Below are positions 61,577 through 64,000 of a stretch of DNA of 64,000 nt, one piece after another. Position 1 is the stretch's first letter. The number at the start of each line of letters is the position of its first letter. The position numbers were made by a program, and so were the translations under genes. The DNA comes from an uncultured Desulfurococcales archaeon (lineage in GTDB: Archaea > Thermoproteota > Thermoprotei_A > CAZTBM01 > SZUA-1508). A model generated the notes under the pieces. It had not been told where the DNA came from. It searched no databases and saw only the letters and a list, made by a program, of their open reading frames with translations. The stretch spans positions 12,802 through 76,801 of the forward strand of contig CAZTBM010000002.1 of the NCBI GenBank assembly GCA_964611985.1, in the 5' to 3' direction.

Positions 61577-63451
61577 ATGAAGAGACTAGTATTGCTCACT
61601 ATGCTTACTCTAATGCTTACTAGCTTACTGGTACCGCTTATCAGAGCTGACACTACAAGTGTAGACTTCGTAAGGATACTGGGGAGACTACCAGAAGGTG
61701 TCATTAGTGTGAGGCTGTTACCCGCGTATGAAGGATTCTTCGTAATGTACGTTAAGGATGATAGAACTATTGTAGAATATGTTCCCCCAGACGGAACATT
61801 AAAAGACGCAACCAAAGTAACAATATTAAATGGAACATACACTGAAGCAAACGTATACTACGATAAAACCAGTAAACTACACTACATAATACTAAACAGC
61901 ATAAAACAAAAGAAACTAACAACAATATGGTACAACACCAACACTAATAAGCTCATAAACACAACAGTAGTTTCTTACGATAAAATATTTAATAAAGTAG
62001 AACCAGTATTCGTAGTAAGTAAGGATATGATGGAAAAAGTGTTCACTATATTAGCTGAAGCAACCAAACTTCATAAACAGAATAAACATGAGGAAGCAGT
62101 AAAGCTAGAAAAAGAAGCAATGAGACTTATCAATGAAGCAAAGAAACCACTGGAATGTATTATTAAGCTTCCTGTACAACATGGTCTTTCATACTTAAAC
62201 TATACCATATTAGTGATAGTACCAGTCAAATTAATGAAAGAAATAGAAGAGGCATGGAAACAATACCTAAGGATGGAAGTACCACCTAGAGGGATAAACC
62301 TTACTAGAAAATATGGGTTTGAAGCAAATTTCATTCAAATTAAAATCGCTACTTTAAACAGAAATCTAAATAAATTAGTCTATGACTCCTTCAAAAGTCC
62401 ACCAACAATCTATAGTTATATGATTCCGCAAATATCAGCATATAGACTTTTTATCCTATGGAAATGGTTTTACAATAATATGGTATATCCCATAGAGTTA
62501 CATTACGATATCGCATTTACAGTTGATGAGAAAGGTATACATAAATATATGGAAACAAAAATGTTGGTTATTGGCGAAGCATACTGGATACTCTGTACTG
62601 ACCTTAACAGAACAACCTACTTAATAGAGGAAATTTCCTCTGGGAAGCTAAGTGTAGAAAAAGAAAATAGTGGTATGGGTGTTGGGTATGGTAAATTATT
62701 CTCATGGCTTACTCTATGTACGCCTAAGTCTACTGGTCTTGGCGATTTACTGGAGAGGGAGTATAGGGAGTACGGTGGAATAGCGGATTATTATGTCAGG
62801 ATTGCTGAGTGGTTACCAGCACCAATAATGGATGTATCCGTCTCAAATGAGAGATACTATTCATTCTACTTTACAGAGGCAAACGGAACATCACACCTTG
62901 TCATTGTAGACTTGGGAAGGATGATACCAGTGATACTGAAGAATCTTAAACGTGAAAAAGTTGAAAGAGCCTTCCTCAAGTCATACATGTTCAACGCGAT
63001 AAAACTAAACGTAGAGGGTTGTAGTAAAATAGTAGATATTGAAGGTGCAATAAACAGTAGCGTAGTATATGTTCTCATGGAAAACGGGTATATAATGAAG
63101 ATACTTTGCAAGGGATTATCTTACGACAATAGGGATATTAATGTAAAAGTTAGGTTAGTTTCAGGAAAGCCAAAACTAAAATGTGAGTTTACAAGGGAAA
63201 TGTATGAAGGGATAAAGGAGATACTAATGTCAGGAGAGAATATAAATAAACCATTAGAGGTCGCGCAAAAACTATACTATGGTAGCACTTCTAGAACATC
63301 ACCACTTAACATAGTAAGTGTAGTGTCTGAGACAGGAGAAAAAGCGAAAACAATATTTCAAGAAATACTAGAGAAATACATGCTAATAATCCTCATATTA
63401 GTGTTAGGAGTAGCAATAACGATAGCAGTACTAATAGCAAGAACACGGTAA
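61577..63451 (+). CDS. Secreted/membrane-anchored hypothetical protein
   Basis: Signal peptide MKRLVLL...IRA and C-terminal TM with basic tail. Confidence 0.7.
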   Translation: MKRLVLLTMLTLMLTSLLVPLIRADTTSVDFVRILGRLPEGVISVRLLPAYEGFFVMYVKDDRTIVEYVPPDGTLKDATKVTILNGTYTEANVYYDKTSKLHYIILNSIKQKKLTTIWYNTNTNKLINTTVVSYDKIFNKVEPVFVVSKDMMEKVFTILAEATKLHKQNKHEEAVKLEKEAMRLINEAKKPLECIIKLPVQHGLSYLNYTILVIVPVKLMKEIEEAWKQYLRMEVPPRGINLTRKYGFEANFIQIKIATLNRNLNKLVYDSFKSPPTIYSYMIPQISAYRLFILWKWFYNNMVYPIELHYDIAFTVDEKGIHKYMETKMLVIGEAYWILCTDLNRTTYLIEEISSGKLSVEKENSGMGVGYGKLFSWLTLCTPKSTGLGDLLEREYREYGGIADYYVRIAEWLPAPIMDVSVSNERYYSFYFTEANGTSHLVIVDLGRMIPVILKNLKREKVERAFLKSYMFNAIKLNVEGCSKIVDIEGAINSSVVYVLMENGYIMKILCKGLSYDNRDINVKVRLVSGKPKLKCEFTREMYEGIKEILMSGENINKPLEVAQKLYYGSTSRTSPLNIVSVVSETGEKAKTIFQEILEKYMLIILILVLGVAITIAVLIARTR

Positions 63452-63455
63452 ACTT

Positions 63456-64000
63456 TTATGGCGGTGGAACAGGCGAACATGCACACGAGTACGTTATAGT
63501 ACACGTACTAAAACCATAGCAGAAACCACCAAATACGAGAGAGCAACCACCCTTCTCATAGAGCAGTAGAGTTTGATAGTTATTTAACCATACATCATTA
63601 ACAATTACACCACAGCAATGGTACCATGTTATACATCCACAATATCCTGTACATTGTCCGCTATATCCTACTCTATAGCAGTCACATACTACACTAGGAA
63701 CAGGTTCTGCATTAGTATAAGCTCCGTTTATGTATTTACATGAGTAGCATGTTTTGTGTTATTGTGGTTGTTACTGTTATTTCTGTGTAGTCGTATACTT
63801 GTGTTGTTTCGGTTACTGTGTCTGTGAAGGTTTCCGTCACGGTTACTGCCTTGGTTGTTGTAATGGTTATAATTGAGGTTATGTACACTCGATTGTAGTC
63901 TGTTGCTGTAATAATACCATGTATAGTACTGGCTGTATTTAATAGTGTACATTTAATAGTAAACGAATACACATGTATATAGGGCTGTGTCTCGTAAGAC
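63456..64000 (-). pseudogene. 3' end of a Thr-rich-stalk protein with Cys-rich C-terminal domain, split by a single-base frameshift
   Basis: Frame open from the window edge through TTTKAVTVTETFTDTVT...TQ; deleting one T from TTTT 63752-63755 joins it to a 98-codon frame TCYSCKY...CACSPVPPP* ending at 63456. Confidence 0.65.

Noticed and set aside
63728..63952. 74 aa Asn/His-rich ORF
   Set aside because: Alternative-frame reading of the Thr-rich ACN codon tract.
1..64000. CRISPR arrays, tRNA/rRNA genes, IS elements, proviral genes
   Set aside because: No spaced repeats, GC-rich structured RNA blocks, or transposase/integrase motifs found by eye.

Overview
AT-rich archaeal chromosomal window, most consistent with an anaerobic thermophilic Thermoproteota lineage (inferred from gene content: LysW pathway, Lrp-type LysM, TrpB2, tungsten AOR/FOR, Lhr with intein, C/D sRNA). 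In order: a lipoylation locus (LipS2-type radical SAM plus split LplA/LplB); a large surface protein; a double-guide C/D box sRNA whose guides match tRNA; a LysW-dependent Lys/Arg operon with two LysW carriers missed by the ORF track, each ahead of its own ligase (ArgX-type and LysX-type), followed by a Re-citrate-synthase-like enzyme, a two-subunit aconitase and an isocitrate-type dehydrogenase; an ~11 kb glycerol-phosphate locus (gpsA, ABC importer, glpK, degenerate FGGY kinase, HAD-IIA phosphatase, DHH phosphoesterase); argH/argG; FOR; tandem PiT transporters sharing an identical 305 bp tract; intein-containing lhr; ttuA/ttuB; asnS; nth; htpX; hypD; glnA; a putative envelope-stress operon (Yip1, DUF4097-like, two HTH regulators); trpB2; a galT-like gene; and at the right edge a frameshifted Thr-stalk/Cys-rich protein. 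No rRNA, tRNA, CRISPR array or transposase was recognised. All calls come from reading motifs by eye; no searches were run.
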